Source of the DNA: Lama guanicoe
Taxonomy: Eukaryota
Length of the DNA stretch: 64,000 nucleotides
Direction of reading: 5' to 3'
Assembly (NCBI GenBank): GCA_013239625.1
Contig: MU054026.1
Span: 62,001-126,000, forward strand
Below are positions 28,077 through 41,805 of the stretch, in pieces; position 1 is the first letter of the stretch, and each line of letters starts with the position of its first letter. The notes beneath the pieces were generated by a model that worked only from the letters and a program-made list of their open reading frames with translations, searched no databases and had not been told where the DNA came from. A program made the translations under genes and the position numbers.

Positions 28077-28288
28077 CCAGTGATGTTCTGGTAGATGTTT
28101 AACAACCATCTTTCTGTGGAAAAAGCAAGAAAGCCTCATTTGTAGTGCTTGTCAGTTTCCACGATGTAAGTAGTCCCACCGTGGCTGATGTCAGGCTTTC
28201 CAAGTGATGTCACAGAGTGCAAAGTTGGGAAGACATGTGCACATTCAGCCTCCTGATCCAGCACCTGCCCACCCCAGCTCACCACAGG
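28077..28288. mobile_element. MER63A-like hAT-Blackjack MITE
   Basis: Degenerate terminal inverted repeats ccagtgatgttctgg (28077-28091) and ccagctcaccacagg (28274-28288). Internal tcccaccgtggctgatgtcaggct...aagttgggaagacatgtgcaca. Confidence 0.8.
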
Positions 28289-28799
28289 ACACTCTAAGAT
28301 GGATGAGTTTCTCTATTTTAGAATATTTTAAGATCTTGTCTGTCCAGGCAGCTCTAAAATAGATTCTTTCTGTAAATATCATTCCCATTGGCGAAGAAAC
28401 CAAGAACCATTCAGAGACAGAGGTGAACTTTCCACTTTAGGAAATTTGTCTCAGAATTCCTTCCACGCCTGCTCTAGGATAGACTGATGTGTCCTCGACA
28501 TGAAGGACAGAAATCATCTCTCTTCGTATCCGGAGTCAGAGCTCATCTCCACAACACTAACATTGCTTTACTCAGTCTCTAATAGGTGGCGCTGTTTATG
28601 AGCATGTGTTAAAGGTGTGGACTTCACTACGTATTTCTTTCATGTTGGACAAGGCTTTGGCATAGGGCATTAACTTGATACACTCACAGAAGCAAACATT
28701 ATCATTCCATTTATTGGTCTTAATTACTTAAAATTCCTCCTTTCCTAATGTATATTTCAAGTCAACAACATTCTGGTAAATCTTTTTCTCCTGGATTGT

Positions 28800-28900
28800 G
28801 GATTCCAGCATTTCCCACCATGGCTGACTTCAAACTTCTAACATGTTATCAACCAGCTAACCAAATTCCAGAAAATGGATTAGCCAGCTCTAGTGAACTT
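28800..28900. mobile_element. Second MER63-family fragment
   Basis: tcccaccatggctgacttcaaacttctaacatgttatcaaccagctaaccaaattccagaaaat shares its core with 28174-28210. Confidence 0.6.
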
Positions 28901-31900
28901 AGATGCTAAAACAAAAAAGAAGGTGACTTCAGCATGGAACTGCATCAAGTGTACGTATGGTGGTACCTCATGGTACTAACACAAAGTCAATGACACATCT
29001 CTTCCTCTTATTCCATTCAATGTCACACTTGTGATGAATATCCAGTTAAGAAAGCACACTTGAATTATGTTCAAGGGACCAAAATTGTCTTTTGGATCTT
29101 CCATAATTAGCTTTGGGACTTTATGACCATCCCTAAATCGTCTTTTGTCACAGCTTTTCCATTTGAAGAGAAAGGAATACAGCATATTTGAGATGGCTTG
29201 CCAATTTAACATCTAAGTTTCTAGTAGTCTGAGTATAGAGAAATGGGCTTTGCAGTAATAAGCAAGTGTCTGTCTTTGGCATATGTGTTATGTTGCTACA
29301 CATATTATCTTCAAAGATTATTTGAAACTCACCAAAGCATGCAACTAAAGCATGAATTGTCAATATGTCTGGGTTTATCAGTCCCTTCCACAGAAAACAT
29401 CACTAACTGGCATCCCACTCTCCTTCTGCCCACTTCTAAATTCGTCTCTGTGATTCTTTCCCCATCAGGAGTTGCTTTGTTTCTCCCTCCTTGTTTTACA
29501 TTGCTGTTGGTGTTTTTCCCTCCCTTTGACACACAGTGATTAAGCAAGACCTGGCAAATGGGCTTGATCAATCGCAGAAACCCATCTTGTTAGATAGATC
29601 ACAAAACATTTGGGGATTGTCTCCATCCTAAGATTACAATTCACCTATATCTGAATCTCCTTTGTTAAGCCATTCTATTATTTAATATAATGCATACTAC
29701 TAGTCTGCACAATAAAAGATTGAAATACTGGCTGTCTCAGCAAACACAGAAAGATAATCTACATACTTGCTTTCAGCAGAGTTAACGTTACTTTATATGA
29801 CCTCTTTACTTGCAACATAGCAAACAGCAACTCTAAACTAGCTCAAATCAAGAATTCCACTCAGGTATCTAACCTCATACTGCTCACATGTCAAATGTGA
29901 GCCAGAGCAGCAGGAAACTGGCCAGCTCTTTCTAATTACAATTATGATAAGAGTTTAGCACACGTGTACTTAAAATCATAAAACCTTTCAGTGTAAGATT
30001 GGTGTTTTATCTCATTGTATATTCATATGATGAGGTTTATTGGACTGCTCAGAGGGAGAAGTGCTTCTCGTTGTCCAAAATGTTCTTATTTAGGGTGCTA
30101 TGAGGAGTACCCTGTGTGCAATCACACATTGTCTAGTTTTCATGCAAATGGCACAAGCATGAAAAATAAGATGATGGGGAAGGCTTTTGCCCCTCCTTCT
30201 TAAAACTAATCTCTCTCTGCCAGGGAGACCACAGATTTTGGGTTCAAATAAAGGTCCTTTAATTGGGTAGAACTTCTATGCAAAAACTAATGCTATTTCA
30301 ACCAGCAGGCAAGTGCAATTCTCCATCTCATCAGGAAACCACATTTCCCCAACCAAGCTGGGTCCCTTTTCCCCAGCACTGGCAAGGGAAAAAGTGTTTC
30401 AATTAGTGAGGCTGATTTTCCTCCTATCACTCTTGTCTTCTGTGCCAGTGTTGGGTAAGCGAGGGTAGGCATGGGAAATTGCTTTAAGTCATTGATGGAA
30501 GAACCAACTGATTGATTGATATTGGGCTGAAGAAATCTTCCTATTCATCCATTGGTTTGCCACTCATCAGGAAGCCGGAAGCCCTGAAAGTGAGCCGAGC
30601 CTGTCAGATGTGCCACTGAGAACACGGCTCTTTGTGGAATATTTTTGGATGCCAGATGCCAATCACTCATAAGACTTCGCTGCTCAATAAGAATTTCAGA
30701 TGTGGACTTTAATTATAGTCTAGCAGAAAAAGAATGATGGAAGGAGCAGAAGCAGACTTATTTTTAGCAAATCCAGCTCTTAGCCACCGCAAACCCTGTG
30801 GATCTATTCTGGGGACTTGTCATTGTTGTCTGGTGGCTTTCATTCATGTTGCTAAAAGTATCAGGTTGACAGCATTGGGGAGCTGAAGGTCCTCACTCTA
30901 GGGACATTGTGAGGCACGATGGTCATATATGGGAGGAGCTGTGCCCTGATGCCTTGGTACTTACCTTACTCAACCACCTACAGATGATGTAGAAAAGTTT
31001 AGATTTTAAGATTTTTAAGAATAATCAGTGGCCTTCAATGTCTGTCTCAAAACACTTTAAGAGAGAGAGAGGACTAGTTAAGGATTCTACCACTGAGCAA
31101 GAACTCAGTAGAAATTAAAAGACAGATGAGTTCCAATTTTATTAACACTGATCTCTGTGTGCCCTCTTTCACGGACCAGCGATTTCTGGTGAAACCAGTC
31201 AGTGGCAGCTGAGGCAGCCAGGAAGGTATTGACACTTACTGAGCACAAACTTCATTGTAGGTAAGAAGAAGAAAGAAAATATAATGACTTTTTTTAGTGG
31301 GAAGTTCACGTATGTAATTTGAGAACAACTTGTCAACAGGTGGCAATGAACAGGACACATACTTGTATTATATATTAATGGTTTCACAGAAATGCTATCT
31401 GGGTTCAGAGAAATGGTAACCAATTTAGCAGTGATATTTAGGAAATCAGCTTTAAAAGAATGGCTAGGCATATGCCACCCACACCCTGCACACACACACC
31501 CCAGTTAGGAGTTGGAAAAAAAGCTTTCTTTTTATACCATGAAGCAGTCATCAAGGTAAATAATTGATACTTGTGAACCCTCAACTTACTGGCAAGAGGC
31601 CCCTCAGCCCGTTACTACTTCCTGAGCTGTTGCTCCCACTTTTCTTCATGTTAAAGGGCAGTGAACCAACAACATCCTCCTTGGAGGCTGCTGGGTTTTG
31701 TTTTTTGTGTTTGTTTACTTGAGTTTCCATTCGATGTGCTGTCTTAATATAATTAGTCTTTCATCTTAAAAGCCGCGGTCATCACAGACCATGAATATTT
31801 ATTAAATAATGATTGAATGATACTGCTTTGGAATTAAGGAAAGTAATATTTTGAACAGATGGGGAGCCCTTGAGAAGCTTGCAATCAATTATGAGGGAGC

Positions 31901-31988
31901 AAATTATTTAGCATAGGCTTCAAAACAGATGTAAGGACTCACACATGATACTCCCTGTTTACTATTTATTTTCATTCTAAAACTATAC

Positions 31989-32051
31989 CCTATATATAAA
32001 ATGAACAAGTTTATACTGTACAGCATAGGAAACTATATTCAATACCTTATA
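31989..32051 (+). mobile_element. Left half of a short truncated L1 3' UTR (host of the nested L1)
   Basis: tatatataaaatgaacaagtttatactgtacagcataggaaactatattcaatacctt, continuing at 39069. Outer TSD aaaactatac at 31979-31988. Confidence 0.88.
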
Positions 32052-32063
32052 GGGGGAGGTGAC

Positions 32064-32071
32064 AAGATGGC
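32064..32071 (+). promoter_or_regulatory. YY1-type motif at the L1 5' end (internal Pol II promoter)
   Basis: aagatggc at +13 of the element, the position where mammalian L1s carry a YY1 site. Confidence 0.6.
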
Positions 32072-33594
32072 AGAGTAGAGAGACTCACAGCTCACCCTCT
32101 CCCACATATACACCAAGAATTACATCTACAGACCCATTGAATCGCAGAGAACACCTACTGAGCTCTGGCAGAGTGTTGCTTAAAATACAAGAAGATTCTC
32201 ACAAAATCTGATAAAAGAAAAAAAGAAAAAGAAAATCAGTGCAGGACCAGTTCTGCAGGGAGGGAGTGGCAAAGGAAGAAAGGACCCTCACCCTTCGATG
32301 CCGACTCTCCAGCCCAGAGGTCAGTGGGACAGAAGCAGAGCTTCCGAGGCTCAGAGGAGAAAGTGGTAGCATGGAGGGTCCCTACCATCCCCAGCCCTAG
32401 TCACGAGCCTGCAGGGACAAGCCAGGACTGGCTGCTGGAGATCGATGATGAGCCTGGGCAGAGGGCTGGGGCCCGTTGCACAAAGGTAGCCTCAGGGGAC
32501 TGGAGGGTGGTGTGAGCACTGGCTGGGAGTGTGTGCAGAACAGAACAGCCTGGGACTCACATTAAAAAAGCACCACTGCTAGTGTGTGTGGTGGGGAGGG
32601 GCACAATGCAGCCCCTGTCTCCATTTGGCTCCATTGTTGGTGTTTTCACAAGAGGAGAGGTGGGGCTTGGTCATAACCATTGCTGCTGCATGGACATAGG
32701 GTTGAAAGCTGAGTCCATACCCAAGGCCCCTGCACTACACAGGCAAGACTGAGATTTATTTACAGCCCCAGGCAGAGAGAGTGGATTTGCTCCACTGGCA
32801 CATTTGTGAACCTGTGCTTCTAGGACAAACAGGCAGTGAACAGAGTTCTGGCACATTCTGGCAAGTACAAGTATTTACAACAGGCCTGCATACCATACTG
32901 CATGCAAAGGCGGAGCTGGGGTCTGCACTGACTCTGTGGTGTACCACGGATTCAGGTGTGTATCTTCATGCTTGCTATGTGCTTGCTTTGTGCTGGTAGT
33001 TCTGGGAACCCAGAACCTGGGGGACATCAGAGTGGGTGGCTGACATTCCCATAGCTAATGTGGGGGGAAAAGGCAGCATCAACAAAAAGAACTTTGTAAG
33101 CCCACATAACAGGTGACAGACAACATGACAGAGGGCACTTCCCAGTGGACATCTCCTGAGGAGGTATACTCAGTGACCCTTCTTCCCAGCTGAAGTACTC
33201 CAACCCTGCCTACCACACACTGGAACTCAGAAACAGGTCTAGAAGCCTCTATTCCAGCAACAGGGGAGCAGACCCACCCCCTTTCAGGGTTGTGACAATT
33301 GCAGAACAAAAAAGGAGGCCCCAGTCAACAACAATCAGGGCAGGCTCTGCTCACCAAAACATCAACCACACCCCCAGTCAAAGGGGTAACAGCCAACACA
33401 AACAGAAGAAAGATGGGGCAACTGTCCATACTAAGAACAGCCCTCACAGCAGACCTATCAGATGCACACAGTCGACACAGGAAAGCTCCCACTTTAAATA
33501 AAAACAAACAAATAAACAAACAAAAACCAGCCCTTCAAGATCACAGTAGATAACTGATACTCCTAAACCCACAGGCCAAAGAAATATAAGTAAA

Positions 33595-34482
33595 ATGAGG
33601 AAGCAGAGGAACCATTCCCAATTAAAAGAGCAAGAGAAGTCTCCTGAAAGAATGAACAATGAGATAGACCTTGACAGTCTACTAGATCATGGCTTCAAAA
33701 ACAGAAAGATCAAGGCACTGAAGGAAATAAGAGAGACTATAAATAGAGATAGAGAATACTATAAAAAGGAAATCAAAACTATAAAGAGGAGCAAATTAAA
33801 AACTGAAAACTCAATGGCTGAGAAAAAAGCCAAGCTAAAGGCAATCTAAAGTAGACTAGATAATGCAGAGAAACAAAAAAGTGACTTAGAAGACAGGATA
33901 ACAGAAGTCACCCAATCAGAAAAGCAGACAGAAAAGCAAGAGAAAACCAATAAAAGCAATATAAGGGACCTATGGGATAATATAAAGCAGGCCAACGTAT
34001 ACATAATAAGAGTCCCAGAGGAAAAGAAAGAGAAAAGGGGATTGAAAAGGTCTTTGAAGAAATCATGACTGAAAACTTCCCAAACCTAAAGAAGGAATCA
34101 GATATCCAAGAACAGAAAGCACAGAGGGCCCCCAACAAGAAGAACACAAACATACGCACACAAAGACATGATAATTAAGATGGCCAAAGTTAAAGATAAA
34201 GAAATGGCTCTAAAGGCAGCAAGAGAAAAACTCAGTTAGTTCCAAGGGAATCCCCATAAGGCTTTCAGCTGATTTCTCTAAATAAATACTGCTGGCCAGA
34301 AGGGAGTGGCAAGGTATATTCAAAGTCCTGAATGAGAAAAAGCTGCAATCTAGGATACTCTATAGGGAAAGACTGTGCTTTACAGTACAAGGAGAAATAA
34401 TAATTTCACATACAAGCAAAAACTAAAAGAATTCAGCAACACCAAACCTATCCTAAAAGAAATACTGAAAGGTCTACTCTAA
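33595..34482 (+). pseudogene. Disrupted L1 ORF1p (RNA-binding chaperone)
   Basis: Begins MRKQRNHSQLKEQEKSPER with a coiled-coil-like region, has a premature stop at ~33849, and ends KPILKEILKGLL* at 34480-34482. Confidence 0.9.
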
Positions 34483-34909
34483 ATAGAAAAGAAACAAGAA
34501 GCTATAGAAACAAGACAACCATAATAGAAATGTGATAACTACAGCGAGTTGAAAGAGAATTAGCATGAAGATGTTTAAAAAAAAGGATATCAAAATCATA
34601 AAAGATGGGAGAGTGGAACAAGAAAATATAGATTTTCTCTCTCTCTCTCCTTTTTTTTTTTCTCTTTTTTTTTCCTTTATGATGTGTTTGAGTCTAGAAG
34701 ACTACTAGTCTAAAGCAAACAGATATAGTAATGGGTTAACATATTTGAAAAACAGGGTAAACACAAATAAGCAATACAATAGAGTCGTGAAAAAAAAAAA
34801 GAAACCAAGGTAACACAAAAGAAAATTATCAAACCACAAAAAGAAAAACAAAAAAGAAAAGAAAGGAACAAAGAAGAAATACCAAATCAACTGGAAAACA
34901 AAGTTCAAA

Positions 34910-37900
34910 ATGGCAATCAAATCACATCTATCAATAATTACTGTAAGTTTCAACGGACTAAATGCTCCAATCAAAAGATACAGAGTGGCAAATTGGATAA
35001 TAAAACAAAAGCCTACAACATGCTGCCTACAAGAGATCCACTTTAGAGTGAAAGACACACATAGACTGAAAGTGAGAGGATGGAAAAGATATTTTTGCAA
35101 ATGGAAATGACAAGGAAGTGGAAGAGGCAATACTCAGATCAGATAAAATAGACCTTAAAACAAAGGCCATAAAGAAAGATAAAGAAGGACTTTATATAAT
35201 AATCAAAGGAGTAATACAATATTACACTCATTATCATATATGCACCCAATATAGGAACACTTAAATATATAAAACAAATACTAACAGACATAAAGGGAGA
35301 AATTGATGGGAATACAATAATAGGAGGAGACTTTAACACTTGACTAATGTCACTGGACAGGTCTTCCAGACAGAAAATCAATAAGGCAACAGAGATACTA
35401 AATGACAGTAGAACAGATTGTCTTGGTTGATATTTTTAGGATATTCCATCCCCAAAAAACAGAATATACATTCTTTTCAAGGGTGCATGAGACATTCTCT
35501 AGGATAGACCACATACTCGGGCACAAAAGAAGCCTCAACAAATGTAAGAAGACAGAAATTATTTCAAGCATCTTCTCTGACCACAACAGATAAAACTAGA
35601 AATCAACCAGAGAAAAACAAATGAGAAAAACAAAAATGACAGCATGGAGACAAAACAACATGCTACTAAAAAACTAATGAGTCAACAATGAAATCAAAGA
35701 AGACATTAAAAAAATACCTTGAGACAAATGACAGTGAAAGCACAGCCACACAAAATGTATGGGATGCAACAGAAGAAATCCTAAGAGGGAAGTTCAAACA
35801 GATACAGACCTTCCTCAAGAAAACAAGAACAATCTCAAATAAACAACTTAAACTTCCACTTAAAAGAATTAGAAAGAGAAGAACAAACAAAACCTAAAGT
35901 TAGCAGAAGGAAAGAAAGGATAAAGATCAGTATGGAAATAAATAAAATAGAGATTAAAGAAACAGTAGGAAAAATCAATCAAATGAAGAACTGGTTTTCT
36001 GAAAGAGTAAATAAAATTGGCAAACCTCTGCCCAGGCTCACCAAGAAGAAAAGAGAGAAGACACAAATAAACAAAATAAGAAAAGAAAATGGAGAAATTA
36101 CAACCAACCCCACAGAAATATAAAATACTATAAAAGAATACTATGAACAACTATATGGCAATAAACTTTACAACTTAGAAGAAATGGACAAGTTTCTAGA
36201 AAAATACAGTCCACCAAAACTGAGTCAAGAAGAAATAGATCATTTGAACAGACCTACCAATAGACATGAAATAAAATTTGTGATTAAAAAAAAAACCTCC
36301 CTGCAAACAAGACCAAGACCAGATGGTTTCACTTGGGAATTCCATCAAACATAAAAATAAGAGCTTACATAGATTCTTCTCAAACTCTTTCAAAATACTG
36401 AAGAGGAAGGAATACTCCCAAACTCATTCTATGAAGCCACCATCACCTTGATACCGAAGCCAGACAGAGACACTACCAAGAAAACTATAGACCAATATTG
36501 CTGATGAACATAGATGTAAAAATTCTAAACAAAATATTAGCAAACAGAATCCAACAACACATAAAAAAGATCATACAACATGATCAAGCTGGGTTCATCC
36601 AAGGGACATAAGAATATTTCAAAATATGCAAATCAATCAATGTGATACACCACATCAACAAGAGAAAGGCACAAAAATCACATGATCATCTCAATAGATG
36701 CAGAAAAAGCATCTGATAAAATTCAACACCCATTTATGATAAAAACTCTTACCAAAGTGGGTATAGAAGGAATATATCTCAACATAATAAAAGCTATTTA
36801 TGACAAACCTACAGCCAGTATAACACTCAACAGTGAAAAGTTGAAAGCCTTATCACTAAAATTTGGAACTAGATAAGGATGCCCACTCTCACCACTTCTA
36901 TTCAATATAATACTGGAAGTGCTGGCCATAGTGATTAGACAAGAAAAAGAAATAAAAGGGATCCAAATTGGAAGAGAAGAGGTAAAATTGTCATTATGTG
37001 CAGATGACATTATACTATATATAGAAAACCCTAAAGGCTCCACACAAAAACTACCAGAGTCGATAAAAGAATTTGGCAAGGTAGCAGGATACAAGTTTAA
37101 CATACAGAAATCAGTTTCATTTCTTTACACTAACAATGAAATATCAGAAAAGGAAAGTAAGGAAGCAATCCCTTTTAAAATTTCATCCAAAAAATAAAAT
37201 AAAATAAGATACTCAGGAGTAAATTTGACCAAGGAAGAGAAAGACTTATATGCAGAGACCTACAAAACATTGACTAAGGAAATTAAAGATGACTTAATGA
37301 AATGGAAATATATCATATGTTCTTGGATTAGAAGAATTAATATTGTTAAAATGGCCATACTACCCAAAGCAATCTACAGATTTAATGTTGTCTCTATCTA
37401 ATTACCCAGGACATTTTTCACAGAACTAGAACAAATAATGGTATAATTTATATGGACTCACAAAGGACTCAGAATTGCCACAGCAATAATGAAGAAAAAG
37501 AATGAAGCTGGAGGGATAACCATCCTAGACTTCAGATAATACTACAGAGCTACAGTAATCAGAACAGCATGGTACTGGTACAAAAACAGACATATGGATC
37601 AATGGGACAGAATAGAGAAGAGCCCAGAAATAAACCCACAAACTTTTAGTCAATTAATCTTGACAAAGGAGGGAAGAACAAACAATGAAGTAAAGATAGT
37701 CTCTTCAGCAAATGGTGTTGGGAAAACTGGACAGCTGCATGTAACTCAGTGAAGTTAGAACACTCCCTCACACCATACACAAAAATAAACTCAAAATGGC
37801 TTAAAAACTTAAACATAAGATAAGATATTATAAACCTCTTAGAAGAAGACATAGGCAAAACATTCTTTGGCATAAATCTTAGCAATGTTCTAGGGAAGTC

Positions 37901-38732
37901 TAATCAGGCAATAGAAAGAAAAGCAAAAGTCAACAAATGGGGCCTAATTAAACTTACAAGCTTTTGCACAGCAAAGGAAATCATAAGCAAAACAAAAAGA
38001 CAACCTACAGAATGGGAGGAAATATTTGCAAAAGATGAGACTGACAAGAGCTTAATTTTCAGAAGATATAAACAGCTTCTACAATTTAATAAGAAAACAA
38101 ACAAACAATCCAATCCAAAAATGGGCAGAAGACTTAAACATGCAGTTCTCCAATGAGGACATACAAATGGCTAATAAGCACATGAAAAAAAATGGTCAAT
38201 ATCACTAATTATCAGAGAAATGCAAATCAAAACTACAATGAGGTATCACCTCACACCAATCAGAATGGCCATCATTCAAAAGTCCACAAATGACAAATGC
38301 TGGAGAGGCTGTAGAGGAAAGGGAACCCTCCTACACTGCTGGTGGGAATGCAGTTTGGTGCAGCCACTGTGGAAAACAGTATGGAGATTCCTCAAAGGAC
38401 TGAAAATAAACTTACCATATGATTTAGCAATCTTACTCCTGGGTATATATCCAGAGGGACCCTTAATTCAAAAAGACACCTTCACCTCAATGTTCATAGC
38501 AGCACTATTTACAATAGCCAAGACATGGAAACAACCTAAGTGTCCAACGACAGATGACTGGATAAAGAAGGTGTGGTATACTTATACAATGGGATAATAT
38601 TCAGCCATAAAATATATTAAATTAATGCCACTTGCAGCAACATGGATGGACCTGCAGATAGTCATTCTAAATGAAGTAAGCCAGAAAGAGAAAGAAAAAT
38701 ATCATATAGTATCATTTATATGTGGAATCTAA
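34910..38732 (+). pseudogene. Disrupted L1 ORF2p (APE endonuclease, reverse transcriptase, CCHC domain)
   Basis: Endonuclease start FNGLNAPIKR, GDFN, SRIDHILG and SDH; RT motifs IISIDAEKA and [14 protein letters not shown]...LLHCWWEC knuckle. Multiple stops and frameshifts. Confidence 0.95.
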
Positions 38733-39068
38733 AAAAAAAAAAAGCCAAAGGAACTTAATTATAAAATAGAAACAGACTCACAGACATAGGAAACAAACTT
38801 ATGGTTACCAGTAGGGGAAGAGTGGGAAGGGATAAACTGGGAGTTTGAGATTTGCAGATACTAACTATTATATACAAAATAGATAAGCAAAAAGTTCATA
38901 CTGTGTAGCACAGGGAGCTATATTCAATATCTTGTAGTAACTTATGGTGTAAAAGAATATGAAAATGAATATATGTATGGTTATATATTACTGAAGCAAT
39001 ATGCTGTACACCAGAAATTGGTACCACATTGTAAATTGACTTCAATAAAAATATACATATAAGTAAAA

Positions 39069-39201
39069 AATACCTTGTAATAACTCATAATGAAAAAGAA
39101 TATGAAAACAAATATGTGTATGTGTATGTATGACTGAAACTTTATGCTCTACACCAGAAATTGACACCACATTGTAAACTGACTATACTTCAATTAAACA
39201 A
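39069..39201 (+). mobile_element. Right half of the host truncated L1 3' UTR
   Basis: aataccttgtaataactcataatgaaaaagaatatg...gactatacttcaattaaac, followed by the outer TSD aaaactatac at 39202-39211. Confidence 0.88.
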
Positions 39202-41589
39202 AAAACTATACTGAATCCTTACTGTATGTGATCTCTGTGGTAGGTGATCCTGGCGTTATAAAATAGAACTAAAATATAGTACTTGCCATCTACCATAGCA
39301 TACAAAGTAAAAATGCTGCAGGTGTAGCTACATGTAATCAAATACCAAAATGAGGGTTTCAGGTAATATGGATTGCATGAGATCAGATCAGAGAGAGACT
39401 GGTATGGGCTGAAGAACTTAATATAACAAAGGTTGCAAAAACTCAATGGAGATAAAGCAGATATTTACTTAATAGCATAACAATAGATGAGTTGGAAAAC
39501 TTACCCTAAATAATGGACTTTGGGGCCTCAATTATCCATTTTATGATTTTGTTTTAATCAGAAAAATGAAATGGATATCAATAGATTTTGGGTAGTCACA
39601 AAAAACACTATTAACTAGATGGATTTAAGTTCAAAGATGTTTCCTATTATAATGGTAATGGGCCAATAAGAGGGCTTCTTTAGAAGGATGCTTCTTCATG
39701 CTACCCCAGTAAGAGATGCAGTTCCGTTTTGTAAATGGGCCACCGTGACCTGAGCTGACCATAGTGCAGGGTCCAAGTTCCACTGGCTGGGATCCGAGCC
39801 ATTTCTGGGTTAGTTCCTGTTCTCATACTATGTCCATGCAAAGTAGGCAAAACAACCACCATCTGTTCAAAGCAGCTAAAGACAGCTCATAGCAATGAGT
39901 CTTAATGCCCTGTCTCAATCAACCCATCACAAGTACTCCCTGAGTTCTTGAGATGTTCAAGAGATTCTTCATGAGACGTGTGTAATACAGAAAAGATTTC
40001 TGCCCTCCAGGAGCTTACGACAGAGCAGGGAACCAAGATATGCACACACGAAAGATAATCAATTATTTCAAAATGTAGTAAATAATAAAAGTCAAATACA
40101 TATGCTAGATACAGTAGACTAAGGAAAAGGGACCACTTTGAAAGGAATCTCTCTTCCTCTAAAATCGCCAGCATCTCGTCCCCTTCCCCACACAACAGAC
40201 AAAGGCCAGCTATAGATAGAAATCCATTTACCAGTCATCACTCAAGTCTGCTCTCAGACCTGTTTGCCTCCTTTCCTCTGGCTATTAGTATCTATTTCTA
40301 TTCCCTCAGTTTGGCAACTTGTTCAAACTCTCCTCTCTGGTTTAATGAAATTGGTTCCTTCTTGACTCTCCCTTCTGCACCCGCCCCCGAGCTCCATATC
40401 CTTCATGGCATCAGTTAAGAAACTATGATTTCCCAGCCTAATGGAGTCTAAAAGCCAGGTCAGCCCTGGCCACGCCAGCCAAACAAAAAAGAGCATCAGA
40501 GTGAAGAGAAAAAGACAATTAATATGTGCATAATGCGTCAAGGCACAGGATGACCAGACAATAATCAATATCGAGCAGTTAAAAGTTCAGAATTAAAGAT
40601 GGAAGGGATGTTGCACATCCTACTTGATTGTTTCCCAAAACAGCCAGCGAGAAGTTTTAGTCGCCGACTTGAAATTCTCCTTTAAGCCATTTAGTGTTGA
40701 TCTGTGAGTATTTGTTGGGTTAGTGCTTAAAGCCGGGTCACTTGTCCGCCCAGCCATGCTTCATTCTGTCCCATGGCCTGAGTTAAAGGACAGTGCGTCT
40801 GTGGTCGTCAGCAGGTTGCATTCTCTGTCTTGATGGTTCTGACTCAGAAGACTTCCTGGTTCCCATGAAGGACAGACAGAAGTGAGTCCTAGAGCACAGA
40901 CTGGGTTCTGAAGCATCACAGACACGCCTGTCTTCTCAACGAGGGAGCAGCTCTAATGAAAAACACTGTGCCTTTGGCTCAAACTCTTGAAAAGAAGAGG
41001 GAAATGAAAGAAGAGTATTTACTCTTGTATCTTTGCATTTACCTCTCTTCTAGGACCAAACTCTTTCATCCCCACCCCTCAGAGACTTTGAAGACTTGCT
41101 AGGGGAGTTCACAGAAGAAAGGAGTAGGAGGGGAAGGTAAGAAAAGCCAGGGGCTTGTTGTAACTTGCTTTCAGGGGCACAGAATGAACACTTCCCCTGA
41201 CTCCCTACATTTTAAGGAATTGTGGCAGCTCAGTAATGGGTAGTGACTGAAGGACTCACTCTATGACTCTTTTATGACCACTCAGAATGTAACTCAGGTG
41301 CTCAAAGACCAAGAAGACAGATGCTGTAAGCAATTCTGATGTGTCTGGGGACAGCAGTGTTGGCCAAGCTGTCAGCAAGGTTGACGTGCTGACATGGTGC
41401 CTTAGAGCAACCCAATAGCCCCCGCCTCCTAAAAGCAAAGCAGTGCGACAGTCACTGGGTTATTACACTATAACATACAGACTCTTAAGGGAAAAGCAAA
41501 TCTGTGAATCATTATTGGTTATATTGTTACCATTTCAATGGCTCCCAAGGTGTCCTTTACCCATTTAAAAAAAAAAAAAAGCATGACTT

Positions 41590-41805
41590 CTACAGCAGAG
41601 CACCTGGATTTGAACCTGCATGTGACATTTGGAAACAACTTCATCTCTATATTTTTATTTCCTCATCTGTAAAATGGGAACAATACTAACATCTATTTCA
41701 CAAGAATAGTGTAAGGACTGAATGAGACGATATTGGCAAAACACTCAAAGCAGGGCGTGAAACATGGTAAGTCCTATTAAGTATTAGCTTATGTATGTTG
41801 TTATT
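41590..41805 (+). mobile_element. MIR SINE
   Basis: cctggatttgaacct...tttcctcatctgtaaaatgggaacaatac...gtgtaaggactgaatgag. Confidence 0.8.

Larger units (their letters stand above)
32052..39068 (+). mobile_element. Full-length (~7.0 kb) inactive LINE-1, camelid/cetartiodactyl lineage
   Basis: Starts gggggaggtgacaagatggc, followed by a ~1.5-kb 5' UTR, ORF1, a spacer, ORF2, and a 3' UTR with aataaa and an A-rich tail. TSD aatacctt(a/g)ta at 32041-32051 and 39069-39079. Confidence 0.96.

Noticed and set aside
34910..38732. Reverse transcriptase as part of a novel system (retron, DGR or similar)
   Set aside because: It is an ordinary LINE-1 ORF2 in canonical ORF1-ORF2 context, inactivated by stops and frameshifts.
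38930..39200. Apparent tandem duplication of the L1 3' end
   Set aside because: Explained by nested insertion into a pre-existing L1 fragment; the TSDs support this.
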